The translations under genes and the position numbers were made by a program. From the NCBI GenBank assembly GCA_050010195.1, contig JBEKLM010000001.1, forward strand, positions 65,045 through 129,044: 64,000 nt of DNA, written 5' to 3'. Positions within the stretch are counted from its first letter, which is position 1; every line of letters starts with the position of its first letter. Below, piece by piece: positions 1-9,574 of this stretch. Origin of the DNA: Verrucomicrobiia bacterium. GTDB taxonomy: Bacteria; Verrucomicrobiota; Verrucomicrobiia; Palsa-1439. Below the pieces are notes generated by a model that searched no databases, was not told the DNA's origin, and saw only the letters and a list, made by a program, of their open reading frames with translations.

Positions 1-157
1 CCGTCCGACCGTCCCCCAATCGTATCTTGTACGACGTGTTGAACAGTCCCCCGCGAATCGTCGTCACCCGCGGCGCCGTCGCATCGTCACCGAACTGCTT
101 TCCAATAATCCGCCGGATGTCCGCCGCCGAAATCGGTTGCTTCAATCGCTCTCTCAT
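1..157 (-). CDS. N-terminal fragment of a phosphotransferase (APH/CotS-like kinase family) protein, running off the left window edge
   Basis: Reverse-complement translation from ATG (revcomp at 155-157) gives MRERLKQPISAADIRRIIGKQFGDDATAPRVTTIRGGLFNTSYKIRLGDGRT. This resembles N-termini of aminoglycoside/choline-kinase-like phosphotransferases. Not in ORF track because <60 aa inside the window. Confidence 0.4.
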   Translation of the reverse strand, partial: MRERLKQPISAADIRRIIGKQFGDDATAPRVTTIRGGLFNTSYKIRLGDGRT

Positions 158-351
158 AGGCGCTCTCGACCTTCTGCCGCTTCACTCCGCCGTCCGTGGT
201 ATGTCGAAAATTGAGAGGTCACGGCATAAACAGTGTCAAAAAGACCAGCCCGTTACAATTTACTTATCCCCTGGTGAACCACCAATCACCAGCCATTTCC
301 CCCTGCGCTTCCCTCTTTCCGCCGGCAAAATCTTCTGCCATACTCCGCCGC

Positions 352-2430
352 ATGATTTTTTCACCGAAGCGGGTTTTCGCAGTCACCGTCACGCTCGCCC
401 TTCTCACTTCCCCCTTCGCACATCGGCTCTACGCCGCTGACCCCATCGAACCCGTCGACCCCGTCCGCCGCCAGATTGACGAGGCCGTCGCGCGCGTCAA
501 ACCCGCGTTGGTCCGCATCAAGGTCGTCGCCACGCAGTATTATCAGGGCCGCGAGGTGAAATTCGAAGCCAGCGGCAGCGGCGTCATCATCAGCAAGGAA
601 GGCCACGTCATTACCAATCACCACGTCGCCGGCCACGCCACCCGCATCGTCGTCATCCTCGCCAGCAACGAGGAAATCCCCGCCGACCTCGTCGGCACTG
701 ACCCGCTCGCCGACATCTCCGTCCTGAAATTGAAGCCCGACGGCAAACGCGAGTTCCCCACCGTCGAATTTGGCGACTCCGACGCCATGCGCGTCGGCGA
801 TTCGGTGCTGGCGATGGGCAGCCCGCTGGCCATGTCGCAATCCGTCACACTCGGCATCGTCAGCAACATCAAAATGGTCATGCCGGAAGCGTTCTCATCC
901 TCGCGGTTCACGCTCGACGGCGAAGACGTCGGTTCGCTCGTCCGCTGGATCGGCCACGACGCCGACATTTATCCCGGCAACTCGGGCGGCCCGCTCGTCA
1001 ACCTCAAAGGCCAGGTCATCGGCATCAACGAAATCAGCTTCGGCCTCAGCGGCGCCATCCCCGGCAACCTCGCCCAGCGCGTCGCCCGCCAGATCATCGA
1101 AAAGGGCAAGGTCAGCCGCAGTTGGCTCGGCGTCGAAATCCAGCCGTTGCTCAAGGAAGACAAGGACAACCGCGGCGTGTTGATTTCGGACGTGCTGGAT
1201 GATTCGCCGTCGGCCAAAGCGGGCGTTCATTCGGGCGACATCCTCCTGAAAATCGCCGGCCGGGACGTGCTCGTGCGCTACGCCGAGGAAATCCCGCTCC
1301 TGAACCAGATGGTCGCGGAATTGCCCGTCGGCCAGGAAATCGAAGTGGTGGTGCGACGCGGCGGCCAGGAGAAGACGCTGAAACTGACCACCGCTGAGCG
1401 CGAACAAAACCAGCGCCAACAATTTGAACTCAAACAGTGGGGCGTCACCGCCCGCGATATCTCCGCCCTCGCGGCCCGCGAACTGAAACTCAAAAGCCTC
1501 GACGGCGTGATCGTGACCTCGATCCGCCCGGGGGGGCCCTCCGACGACGCCAAACCGCCCGTCCAGACCGGCGACGTGCTCACGGAAATTAACAGTACCC
1601 CGATCCGCAACGTCGCCGAGATGCAGGACGTGACCGACAAGATCACCACCGGCAAATCGAAACCCGTCCCGACGCGCCTCGGCTTTCTTCGCAAGACGGA
1701 GCAATTGCTCACCGTCGTCAGGGTCGGCATCAAGGAACTCGAAGATCCCGGCCTCGAAGCCCAAAAGGCCTGGCTGCCCGTCGCCGCACAGGCCATCACC
1801 AGCGATTTGGCCGAGCAACTGGGCAGCCCGGGCCTGCATGGCGTCCGCCTCACCCAGGTCTACGCCGATAGCACCGCGGAAAAAGCCGGCCTGAAAGTCG
1901 GGGACCTGATTCTGGCCCTCGACGGCGACCCCATCGAAGCCTCGCAGCCAGGCGACGAGGAGATTCTCGACACGATGGTGCGCCAGTACAAAATCGGCGC
2001 CACCGCGACGCTGGCCGTCCGGCGCGGCGCGGACAAACTCAGCATCCCGGTCGAACTGGTCCGGTCCCCGAAACTCGAACGCGAAATGAAGAAGTACCGC
2101 GACGAGGATTTCGAGTTTACTGCGCGCGACACGACGTTCATCGACAAGGTGCAGGAACACTGGTCGCAGGAACAGCCGGGCGCGCTGGTCACCGAGGTCA
2201 AGGAGGGCGGTTGGGCTGCGCTCGGCCGCCTGGGCATCGGCGACCTGATCACCGCGGTCGATGGCGAGCCCGTGACGGACGTGGCCTCGCTGAAGCTAAA
2301 AATGAAACACGTCGCCGCCGAAAGACCAAAGACCACGGTCTTGCGCGTCATCCGCGGCATTCATACCCTGTACCTGGAATTCGAGCCAAACTGGGACGGA
2401 CACAAGGCGGTCCTGAAAGGAAACCTGTAG
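352..2430 (+). CDS. DegP/HtrA-family periplasmic serine endoprotease with PDZ domains
   Basis: Signal peptide MIFSPKRVFAVTVTLALLTSPFA from ATG 352; His (HHVAGH), Asp and GNSGGPLVN catalytic-serine motifs; two or three PDZ-like repeats (GVLISDVLDDSPSAKAG..., GDVLTEINS..., GDLILALDGDPI...). The ORF-track start at 196 is an upstream in-frame extension. Confidence 0.85.
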   Translation: MIFSPKRVFAVTVTLALLTSPFAHRLYAADPIEPVDPVRRQIDEAVARVKPALVRIKVVATQYYQGREVKFEASGSGVIISKEGHVITNHHVAGHATRIVVILASNEEIPADLVGTDPLADISVLKLKPDGKREFPTVEFGDSDAMRVGDSVLAMGSPLAMSQSVTLGIVSNIKMVMPEAFSSSRFTLDGEDVGSLVRWIGHDADIYPGNSGGPLVNLKGQVIGINEISFGLSGAIPGNLAQRVARQIIEKGKVSRSWLGVEIQPLLKEDKDNRGVLISDVLDDSPSAKAGVHSGDILLKIAGRDVLVRYAEEIPLLNQMVAELPVGQEIEVVVRRGGQEKTLKLTTAEREQNQRQQFELKQWGVTARDISALAARELKLKSLDGVIVTSIRPGGPSDDAKPPVQTGDVLTEINSTPIRNVAEMQDVTDKITTGKSKPVPTRLGFLRKTEQLLTVVRVGIKELEDPGLEAQKAWLPVAAQAITSDLAEQLGSPGLHGVRLTQVYADSTAEKAGLKVGDLILALDGDPIEASQPGDEEILDTMVRQYKIGATATLAVRRGADKLSIPVELVRSPKLEREMKKYRDEDFEFTARDTTFIDKVQEHWSQEQPGALVTEVKEGGWAALGRLGIGDLITAVDGEPVTDVASLKLKMKHVAAERPKTTVLRVIRGIHTLYLEFEPNWDGHKAVLKGNL

Positions 2431-3357
2431 ATGAAAAGACATAGCACGTTGATCGTATCCATCACCCTCGCCTTGGCGGGCGCAATGATCTCTCTTCCCG
2501 CGCGAGCCGACGACCTCGCCAAGTCCGGCCGGGACATCCTGGCCAAATCCCAGGGCGCTGTCGTCACTGTGAAGCTCGCGATCAAACAGAGCGTCTCGAT
2601 GGGCGGGCGCGAAAACAAGTCGGAAAGTAAGACCGAGACCACGGGCACCGTCGTCGATCCGTCGGGCTTGACCGTTGTCTCCCTGGCGACCACCGACCCC
2701 AGCAGCACGGTCAAAGACGCGTACGCCCACGCGATCGCCGCCCGCGGCGGTGACATGTCGCAGTTCAAGTTCGACAGCGAACTCAACGATGTGAAAATTG
2801 TATTGGCCGACGGGACCGAGATCCCCGCGGACGTCGTACTGCGGGACAAGGACTTGGACCTCGCGTACCTGCGTCCATCCGACAAGCCTGCCAAACCGCT
2901 CGCCTGCATTGACCTGACCAAGGATGCGAAAGCGCGGATTCTCGACGAGGTGATCGTGATCAATCGTCTCAGCCAGGCCGCCAATCGCGCCCCCGCCGTC
3001 TCCATCGGCCGCATCGAAGGCATCATCGACAAACCGCGCACGTTCTATCTGCTCGGCCAATCGATGTGGGCCTACTCCCTCGGCGCGCCGGTGTTCGCCC
3101 TTGACGGTAAACTCGTCGGGATCGTGTTGCTGCGGAGCGCCAAAACCCAGACCGATCAGGATAGCGGGTTCATCTTCAGCAACCTCAACCAATGGGGCAT
3201 GATGCCGGTGATTCTACCGGCGTCCGACATCGTCGATGGCGCCAAGCAGGCCCTCGAAGCCAAAGCACCCGTGGCCGAAGACAAACCGGTAACGGGAGAA
3301 AAGCCGGCCACAAACGAAGCAGCGAAACCGGCCCCCGCGCCCGCGAAATCTCCGTAA
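2431..3357 (+). CDS. Secreted HtrA-like trypsin-fold paralogue, apparently catalytically degenerate (pseudo-protease), with Ala/Pro/Lys-rich C-terminal tail
   Basis: ATG immediately follows the DegP stop (TAGATG). Signal peptide MKRHSTLIVSITLALAGAMISLPARA. Segment YSLGAPVFALDGKLVGIVLL aligns with GNSGGPLVNLKGQVIGI of the upstream protease but has Leu in place of the nucleophilic Ser. Tail PVAEDKPVTGEKPATNEAAKPAPAPAKSP. Confidence 0.6.
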   Translation: MKRHSTLIVSITLALAGAMISLPARADDLAKSGRDILAKSQGAVVTVKLAIKQSVSMGGRENKSESKTETTGTVVDPSGLTVVSLATTDPSSTVKDAYAHAIAARGGDMSQFKFDSELNDVKIVLADGTEIPADVVLRDKDLDLAYLRPSDKPAKPLACIDLTKDAKARILDEVIVINRLSQAANRAPAVSIGRIEGIIDKPRTFYLLGQSMWAYSLGAPVFALDGKLVGIVLLRSAKTQTDQDSGFIFSNLNQWGMMPVILPASDIVDGAKQALEAKAPVAEDKPVTGEKPATNEAAKPAPAPAKSP

Positions 3358-4422
3358 CTACGGTTTGATTTCGACAAGATCGATCTTGGCGCGGTCGGAT
3401 TGACCGAGGCCGAGACGGCTCGCCGTCGCGATGTGGCTGGCCTGCAGTCCGGCCAATGTCACTTTGGCTCCCCGCCGCCGCGCGTCAATGGCCTCCAGGC
3501 AGAGCGAATCGATGGCCACGGGATCCGTGCTGAAATACAGCGCGCCGTTGTTCCACGAATACTGCGGTTTGAATCCCGGTCCCCCGGCATAACCGGCAAT
3601 CAGCCCATCCATAATATTGAGCACCAGCTTCCCGCGGACCTGCGGCATGGCGCAAATCTCCGCGATCATCGGATCGCCGTGCTGGCCCAACGTTTCAAAC
3701 CGGCGCGTGTTGTCCACCATGCCGAGCGAGAGGTTGTACAGGCAACCCGCCAGGCCGCACACGTCGTTGTCCTGAAGAACCGGGACGTTGATCAACTTGG
3801 TGATGGTCCCCGTCACGAGTTTCGGAAGATGCGAACGCTTGCTCAGGACCTCGTCGTCCTTGCCGAACAGCAGATCCCCCCAGATCAGTTTCCCCGCGAG
3901 ATTGTTCTGGAAGTAGACCTTGGCGTCCCAGCCGGTCCCGTCAATTACCGACGCGACCGTCATGGAATTCGTCCCGCGGACCGGAAGGTAGCCGGCCGCC
4001 TGCATCTGAAGCGGATCGCGGTCGAAAATATACACGTTCGTGCCCAACACGCCCGCCGCGCGCAACCCGTGCGCAATCGCCTCCACCACCGCGCGCCGCG
4101 TCGACTGGAGTGGGCCGGATTGCGTGCTGATCTTGATGCCGACCACGTCGTTGCTGGACACAAAATGCCGCCACGCCGCCGCTTCGTCGCTTTCCCCCGT
4201 GAGCGATTGGATGCCTGCGGCAACCATCGCCTGCGCCTTCGCGGGGTCCACGCTGTAATTCTCCACCGCGCTCGCATCGCGCACGAGCACCACCCGGCTC
4301 TTCACAACGGGAGCGAGCGCCGGGGAATTGGTGTCCTCGGCGTGTCCTGATGTCAATCCCAGTGACGCCAGAACGGCAAAGATGACCGCGGTGGCAGGTG
4401 CCCTAGACATGCCCGTCATCAT
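3358..4422 (-). CDS. DUF362-domain protein with N-terminal signal peptide
   Basis: Likely start MMTGMSRAPATAVIFAVLASLGLTSG (signal peptide) at revcomp ATG 4420-4422. Body matches the DUF362 architecture (…VYIFDRDPLQ…GCLYNLSLGMVDN…). The ORF-track start at 4626 adds an Arg/Lys-rich extension that is probably spurious. Confidence 0.55.
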   Translation of the reverse strand: MMTGMSRAPATAVIFAVLASLGLTSGHAEDTNSPALAPVVKSRVVLVRDASAVENYSVDPAKAQAMVAAGIQSLTGESDEAAAWRHFVSSNDVVGIKISTQSGPLQSTRRAVVEAIAHGLRAAGVLGTNVYIFDRDPLQMQAAGYLPVRGTNSMTVASVIDGTGWDAKVYFQNNLAGKLIWGDLLFGKDDEVLSKRSHLPKLVTGTITKLINVPVLQDNDVCGLAGCLYNLSLGMVDNTRRFETLGQHGDPMIAEICAMPQVRGKLVLNIMDGLIAGYAGGPGFKPQYSWNNGALYFSTDPVAIDSLCLEAIDARRRGAKVTLAGLQASHIATASRLGLGQSDRAKIDLVEIKP

Positions 4423-4459
4423 GGCAAGTGGGGCAGAAAATGCAAGAAGTGTGACACAC

Positions 4460-6088
4460 TCAGAATTTCCCCAGTAATCTGGCGAGCCATCCAGCGCTCC
4501 GCGCGTGACTAAATGCTGCATCGAGTCTTTTTTCGGCGGCTTCAGCACGCTCTGCTGCCTTTTGCGCGGCAGCTTCCGCGCTGCGCATGCCCTCCACCAA
4601 CCGTAAGGTTTCGTTGACGGCTTCAATCGCTTTTTGCGTCAGGTTTGCCGCCTCCTCACGCGCCGCTTCCGCAAGCCGTCGTTCTTCGGCTGCGGCCTGT
4701 TTGATTTTGGTAGTTTCTCTATAGATACTTGCTGCCTTCTCTCGTATTTCCTCAATGCTTAGCGGTGTGTCACTCTCGGACGCAAACGCCAGTGCTTCTT
4801 TCTCAACCAAGATGTCACGGTTGCCAAGGTCACGCCGAAGGTGAATCTGGTCGAGTTTTCGAACGCGCGAGAGTGCGACATAGGTTTGCCCTCCCGACCA
4901 AATGCCGTTGCCCAAATCCAGCCACATTGGCCCCTCGACTGTTTGGCCTTGCGCTTTGTGAATGGTCATTGCCCAAGCCAGCTTTAAAGGCATCTGAGTG
5001 TAGATAGCCCTCCCGCTTTCGATCATCTCACGGCCATTCCACTTCCAAATCGGGAATTCCCACGAGTATTTTCGCACAGGGATCTCAATGCCATTCGACA
5101 CAATAACAACCTCTTCGTCGTCGAACCTTACGACTTTGCCCACGCTCCCATTCACCAACCCCGGGCCAGCACCGTTCGCACAAACGAGCACCTGTGCCCC
5201 AACTTTCAGCTCAACCTTGTCTGGAACTGGCTTCGTTTTCCATTCGTCCGGCCAATGTTCTTTCGTGGCAGTGTAGGGTTTGACCTGACCAGGCAGCAGA
5301 TCGAGCTTCTGCTTGTTCATCCTATCGGCCAGTTTGTTCGTTGGCACGAGAGAGATTGCCTCCTCAGGTTGAGTCCCTGAGACCCTGTGGTTGAGAAGCG
5401 AAAAATCCTTTGGTTGTGTTCGACATTCTCGGAGCCTCTGCAAGCATTCAATAAAATCCCTTCCCTCGTGGTCTTCGTTGAGGTGACGAAAGATCTTCGT
5501 GAGCGTGATCCGTGAGAAGTTTCCGGACCCATACGCACGGGCCTTGAAAAACCAAGGCGAATCCCATCCGTCCTCGCCTTGGCTCTGAGCATGCCATTGT
5601 CCATTAAAAGCGGGCAAGTCGCCCGTCTCGACGATTGGCGGAAGCTGAAGCACATCACCAAACAGTCCAATTTGTACACCCCCGAAAGGCTCGCCCGGAC
5701 ATGGGCCATGATCGCGGAGAAAGGCGTCGATGGCGTCAAACAGATCGGCGCGAACCATCGAGACCTCATCAATAAGCAAGACTTCTAGGTCACGCAGATA
5801 ACGACGTTGGTTCTCAGCCTGCTCGGTGCTGCTCTTAAGAAGAGGATGCGTCCGCTTTTGAAGACCTATTTCGAACCCAAAGAAGCTATGAATTGTACTG
5901 CCGCCAACATTTAATGCGGCCAACCCGGTAGGCGCCACCACCTCAACCCGCTTGCGTGAGTGTTCCCTTAACCGCCGCAGTAGGAGGCTCTTGCCGGTAC
6001 CCGCGCTGCCAAGCACTAGGAAGTTTCGGCGAGTATTGTGAAACAGAAGCTCCACCCGCTCGGTTTCGGATGTCGCTTCAAACGGCAT
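4460..6088 (-). CDS. PIF1/RecD-family (SF1B) DNA helicase with C-terminal Ala/Glu-rich coiled-coil tail
   Basis: Walker A GSAGTGKS; Walker B LLIDEVSMV; motif V-like AMTIHKAQGQTVEG; SH3-like region. The C-terminal ~100 aa are low-complexity AAEERRLAEAAREEAANL… Local GC visibly lower (~50%) than flanks. Confidence 0.7.
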   Translation of the reverse strand: MPFEATSETERVELLFHNTRRNFLVLGSAGTGKSLLLRRLREHSRKRVEVVAPTGLAALNVGGSTIHSFFGFEIGLQKRTHPLLKSSTEQAENQRRYLRDLEVLLIDEVSMVRADLFDAIDAFLRDHGPCPGEPFGGVQIGLFGDVLQLPPIVETGDLPAFNGQWHAQSQGEDGWDSPWFFKARAYGSGNFSRITLTKIFRHLNEDHEGRDFIECLQRLRECRTQPKDFSLLNHRVSGTQPEEAISLVPTNKLADRMNKQKLDLLPGQVKPYTATKEHWPDEWKTKPVPDKVELKVGAQVLVCANGAGPGLVNGSVGKVVRFDDEEVVIVSNGIEIPVRKYSWEFPIWKWNGREMIESGRAIYTQMPLKLAWAMTIHKAQGQTVEGPMWLDLGNGIWSGGQTYVALSRVRKLDQIHLRRDLGNRDILVEKEALAFASESDTPLSIEEIREKAASIYRETTKIKQAAAEERRLAEAAREEAANLTQKAIEAVNETLRLVEGMRSAEAAAQKAAERAEAAEKRLDAAFSHARSAGWLARLLGKF

Positions 6089-6097
6089 CGCCGCGCC

Positions 6098-7519
6098 TCA
6101 GAATTTCATCGACAGCAGGAATTCCGCGTTGGAGCGGGTCTTCTTGAGTTTCTCGGTGACCAGTTCCATCACCTCCACCGGCGGCACTCCCGCCAGCGCC
6201 TTGCGCAGGATGTAGATGCGGTCGAGTTCATCGGGATGATACAGCAACTCTTCCTTGCGCGTGCCGCTCCGCTCGACGTTGATCGCCGGGAAAATGCGTT
6301 TCTCGACCAGATGCCGGTCGAGGCACAGTTCCATGTTGCCCGTGCCCTTGAACTCTTCGAAAATGACTTCATCCATCCGTGAGCCGGTTTCCACCAACGC
6401 CGTGGCGATGATCGTCAGCGACCCGCCTTCTTCGACGTTGCGCGCCGCGCCAAAGAAACGCTTCGGCTTGTGCAACGCATTGGCGTCGACGCCGCCCGAC
6501 AAGATCTTGCCGGAGTGCGGCTGCAAGGTGTTGTAGGCGCGCGCCAGGCGCGTGATCGAGTCGAGCAGGATCACCACGTCCTTCTTGTGCTCGACCAGGC
6601 GTTTCGCCTTCTCCAGCACCATCTCCGCAACCTGTGCGTGACGTTCCGGCGCTTCATCAAATGTCGAACTGATGATCTCGGCATGGACCGTCCGCTTGAA
6701 GTCCGTCACTTCCTCGGGGCGCTCGTCGATCAGCAACACGATCAGGATCGCCTCGGGATTGTTGGTGAGCACCGCGTTGGCAATCTTCTGCAACAGGATC
6801 GTTTTGCCCGTGCGCGGCGGCGCAACGATCAATCCGCGCTGGCCTTTGCCGATCGGCGTGAACAGGTCCATGACGCGGCTGTTGATCTCGTCGGACACCG
6901 TTTCGAGGATGAACCGGCTGGTCGGGAAGTAAGGCGTGAGATTATCAAACATGATCTTCTCTTTCGCCTTGTCGGGATTGTCCCGATTCACCGCCTCGAC
7001 CTTCAGCAGCGCGAAGAACCGCTCCTTGTCCTTCGGCGGACGCACCTGGCCTGCGACCAGATCGCCCGTCTGCAATTCAAACCGCCGGATCTGGGAGGGC
7101 GAAACGTAAATGTCCTCGGGGCAGGGGAGATAGTTGTACGCCGGCGAGCGCAGGAAACCGAAACCATCCGGCAGGATCTCCAGCACACCCTCGCCGAACA
7201 TCTGGCCGTTGCGCTCGGCATTCTTCTTGAGGATTTCAAAAATGATCTCGTGCTTCTTCAGCACCGCCACGGCCTCCACGCCGCCGTCGCGCGCCATTTT
7301 CTGCAGGCGCGGCATCGACATGGCTTGAAGCTCGGCGAGGTTCAAGGTCTCGCCCGCCGGCAACTGATTGTGGGGGGCGGGGGTCTCGTCCTTTTCGGCG
7401 GTGACTACGGCGACGCCGCCGTTCTTCTCGACATCCTCCGCTTTCGTTTCGGTCTCGGCCGGGGCGCTCAACTCGGGCGCTTTCGGTTCATCGTGCTTGC
7501 TGGTTTTTGCTCGGGGCAT
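6098..7519 (-). CDS. rho: Transcription termination factor Rho
   Basis: RNA-binding NTD, Walker A (PPRTGKT), Q/R loops and C-terminal [15 protein letters not shown]…SGTRKEELL. Start MPRAKTSK with SD aggagat 6 nt upstream (revcomp). Has a hydrophilic ~55-aa N-terminal extension. Confidence 0.9.
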   Translation of the reverse strand: MPRAKTSKHDEPKAPELSAPAETETKAEDVEKNGGVAVVTAEKDETPAPHNQLPAGETLNLAELQAMSMPRLQKMARDGGVEAVAVLKKHEIIFEILKKNAERNGQMFGEGVLEILPDGFGFLRSPAYNYLPCPEDIYVSPSQIRRFELQTGDLVAGQVRPPKDKERFFALLKVEAVNRDNPDKAKEKIMFDNLTPYFPTSRFILETVSDEINSRVMDLFTPIGKGQRGLIVAPPRTGKTILLQKIANAVLTNNPEAILIVLLIDERPEEVTDFKRTVHAEIISSTFDEAPERHAQVAEMVLEKAKRLVEHKKDVVILLDSITRLARAYNTLQPHSGKILSGGVDANALHKPKRFFGAARNVEEGGSLTIIATALVETGSRMDEVIFEEFKGTGNMELCLDRHLVEKRIFPAINVERSGTRKEELLYHPDELDRIYILRKALAGVPPVEVMELVTEKLKKTRSNAEFLLSMKF

Positions 7520-8126
7520 GGTAAATCTCCTTGATGGTGGCCCAAATGATCTCGGCCTGCTGGTGTAACACCTCCGGCACGCCGTCGTTCCAAATGACAA
7601 AATCTGCCCGGTCCATTTTCGTTGGCACCGGCCACTGCGCGCGGATCCGGGAGCGCGCCTGCGTTTCGCTCAACCCCTTCTTCGTCAGGCGCGCCAACTG
7701 TGTCGCCTCGCTGCATCCCACGACAACGACGCAATCAAATTGTGATTCCGCCGCCACTTCGTACAACAGCGGGATCGCAACGACCACGAATTCCGCCTGT
7801 CCTTCGCGCTTCAGCCGCTCGATGTCTTCTTTCCACATCCTGTCCACCGCCGGGTGTATGATGCGGTTCAACACCTCGCGCCTCCCATCGTCGGCGAACA
7901 CAATTTCGCCAAGCCTAGGACGGTTGACTGTCCTGTCCGGATTCAAAATCTCGCTGCCAAACGCGCGCACAACCTCTTCCCACGTAGGCTCGTCCGGCGT
8001 CAGGGCCCCATGTGCCAACCCGTCGGCATCAATGACGGCCGCGCCGGCCTCTCGCCACTGTTTCAACGTGGTGGATTTTCCCGTGGCAATACCACCCGTG
8101 AGGCCGACCTTGGTGAGCCGTCTCAT
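7488..8126 (-). CDS. coaE: Dephospho-CoA kinase
   Basis: [20 protein letters not shown]-loop at N-terminus; length ~212 aa. Overlaps rho start by ~32 nt. Confidence 0.85.
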   Translation of the reverse strand: MRRLTKVGLTGGIATGKSTTLKQWREAGAAVIDADGLAHGALTPDEPTWEEVVRAFGSEILNPDRTVNRPRLGEIVFADDGRREVLNRIIHPAVDRMWKEDIERLKREGQAEFVVVAIPLLYEVAAESQFDCVVVVGCSEATQLARLTKKGLSETQARSRIRAQWPVPTKMDRADFVIWNDGVPEVLHQQAEIIWATIKEIYHAPSKNQQAR

Positions 8127-8378
8127 AACCCAGTTTCCCCAGTTGGATTCATTGGGAGAGGTGAACCGATTGAGTGCTAGTGATTTAGGATTGCCTAACG
8201 ACCAAGGGGCCAAACAACTTCGCCTACGAAACTAAAAATAACCGCACGGACACCCCGCGTCAAGTGTCCAAATCACTTTTTTCTGGGCCGCCAATTAGCC
8301 GAAGCCCGTGGTCGATCGCCTGTTTCCCTCACGCTTTTTCTTCCCTGTCACGGGTCGTTGCGATAGATTGCGGGAATC

Positions 8379-8933
8379 ATGCATCCCATGCGCCAGGACT
8401 TGGAAGAGGTGCTTTTGTCCGAAGAGCAGATTCAGCATCGGCTCGATGAACTGGCTGTCGAAATCCAGCGCGACTATGCGGATAAGGACCTCACGTTGGT
8501 CGCCATCCTGACCGGCAGCGTGATGTTCATCGCGGATCTGCTCCGACGATTGCCCATGCAACTGCGACTCGATAATATTGGTGTCTCCAGTTATCACGGC
8601 GAAACGCGGTCCTCGGGGGAATTGATTGTGACCAAGGCCCTGAAGCTCGACGTGCGTGGCCGCGACGTGCTGGTCGTGGACGACATCCTCGACACGGGCC
8701 TGACGCTCATCAAAATCCGCGAGATGCTACAGAAGTTCCAGCCCCGCAGCGTGAAATTCTGCACCCTCCTCGAAAAAAACGTTCCGCATCAGGAAAATTT
8801 CCAGGCCGACTACGTCGCGTTTCACATCCCCAATAAATTCGTCGTTGGCTACGGACTGGACTATCGAGAACGGTATCGTAATTTGCCCTACGTCGGGGTG
8901 CTCCGCCCCGAGGCGATTGCCGCAACGCAGTGA
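8379..8933 (+). CDS. hpt: Hypoxanthine-guanine phosphoribosyltransferase
   Basis: PRTase motif VLVVDDILDTGLT, ~184 aa, typical Hpt length and N-terminus. Confidence 0.9.
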   Translation: MHPMRQDLEEVLLSEEQIQHRLDELAVEIQRDYADKDLTLVAILTGSVMFIADLLRRLPMQLRLDNIGVSSYHGETRSSGELIVTKALKLDVRGRDVLVVDDILDTGLTLIKIREMLQKFQPRSVKFCTLLEKNVPHQENFQADYVAFHIPNKFVVGYGLDYRERYRNLPYVGVLRPEAIAATQ

Positions 8934-9574
8934 AAATTACCGTCCAGCTTTTCAGTTTCCTCCGTCAACTCACCGGCCAAAACGAGTTGCCTCTCGAGTT
9001 GCCCGATGGCGCCACCGTCACCGATGCACTCACGCAACTGTACGCAAAATTCCCCCGACTCCAGGAAGCCGATAAAACAACCTTGATCGCCATCGGCGTC
9101 GACTTCGCCACCCGCGCCACCAAACTCCACGACGGCGATGTGCTTTCGCTGATGCCACCGCTCCAGGGCGGGGCGGGTCCATCGACCGACGAAGTGCTCC
9201 TCACGGAGAAACCAATCGACGAGGCCGAAGCCGCTCTCGGCAGGTTCAACGGCGATGTGGGCGGCGTCGTGACATTCTGGGGCGTCGTGCGCGGTCAGGA
9301 AGGCGGTGAACCAATTCGCGCGCTGGAATACGCGGCCTACCGCAAAATGGCCGACCACCAGTTCCGCACACTCCTCGCCGAGACGCGCCAAAAATGGCCG
9401 CTCAAGCGAATTCGTGTCATCCATCGGCTCGGTGTCATTGTCGCCGGTGAGCCATCATTGCTTGTGCGGGTGGAAGCCGCGCATCGCGGCGAGGCGTTTG
9501 CCGCCGCGCAATTCATCATCGACGAGCTGAAGCGGCGTGTCCCGATTTGGAAGACAGCGGTGCCGCAGAGCTAG
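8930..9574 (+). CDS. Molybdopterin synthase MoaD-MoaE fusion (sulfur-carrier domain + catalytic subunit)
   Basis: N-terminal ~80 aa ThiS/MoaD fold ending in GG (…LSLMPPLQGG). Remainder is MoaE-like (…VTFWGVVRG…EYAAYRKMA…). GTG start overlaps the hpt stop (GTGA). Confidence 0.75.
   Translation: MKITVQLFSFLRQLTGQNELPLELPDGATVTDALTQLYAKFPRLQEADKTTLIAIGVDFATRATKLHDGDVLSLMPPLQGGAGPSTDEVLLTEKPIDEAEAALGRFNGDVGGVVTFWGVVRGQEGGEPIRALEYAAYRKMADHQFRTLLAETRQKWPLKRIRVIHRLGVIVAGEPSLLVRVEAAHRGEAFAAAQFIIDELKRRVPIWKTAVPQS

Noticed and set aside
27-440. 137-aa plus-strand ORF at the left edge
   Set aside because: Overlaps the DegP upstream region and the better-supported minus-strand phosphotransferase-like N-terminus (1-157); no motifs.
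361-2360. Long antisense ORFs inside the DegP gene (361-840, 895-2160, 1278-1853, 1860-2360 minus; 770-1183 plus)
   Set aside because: Arg/Ala/Gly-rich translations with no motifs. This is the typical high-GC shadow-ORF pattern opposite a well-supported protease gene.
2296-4350. Antisense ORFs 2296-3192(-), 2361-3041(-) and 3400-4350(+) across the HtrA-like and DUF362 genes
   Set aside because: Overlap better-supported genes on the other strand; low-complexity Arg/Gly/His-rich products.
6470-7534. 354-aa plus-strand ORF opposite rho
   Set aside because: Rho on the minus strand is unambiguous; the plus-strand product is Arg/Leu/Gln-rich nonsense.
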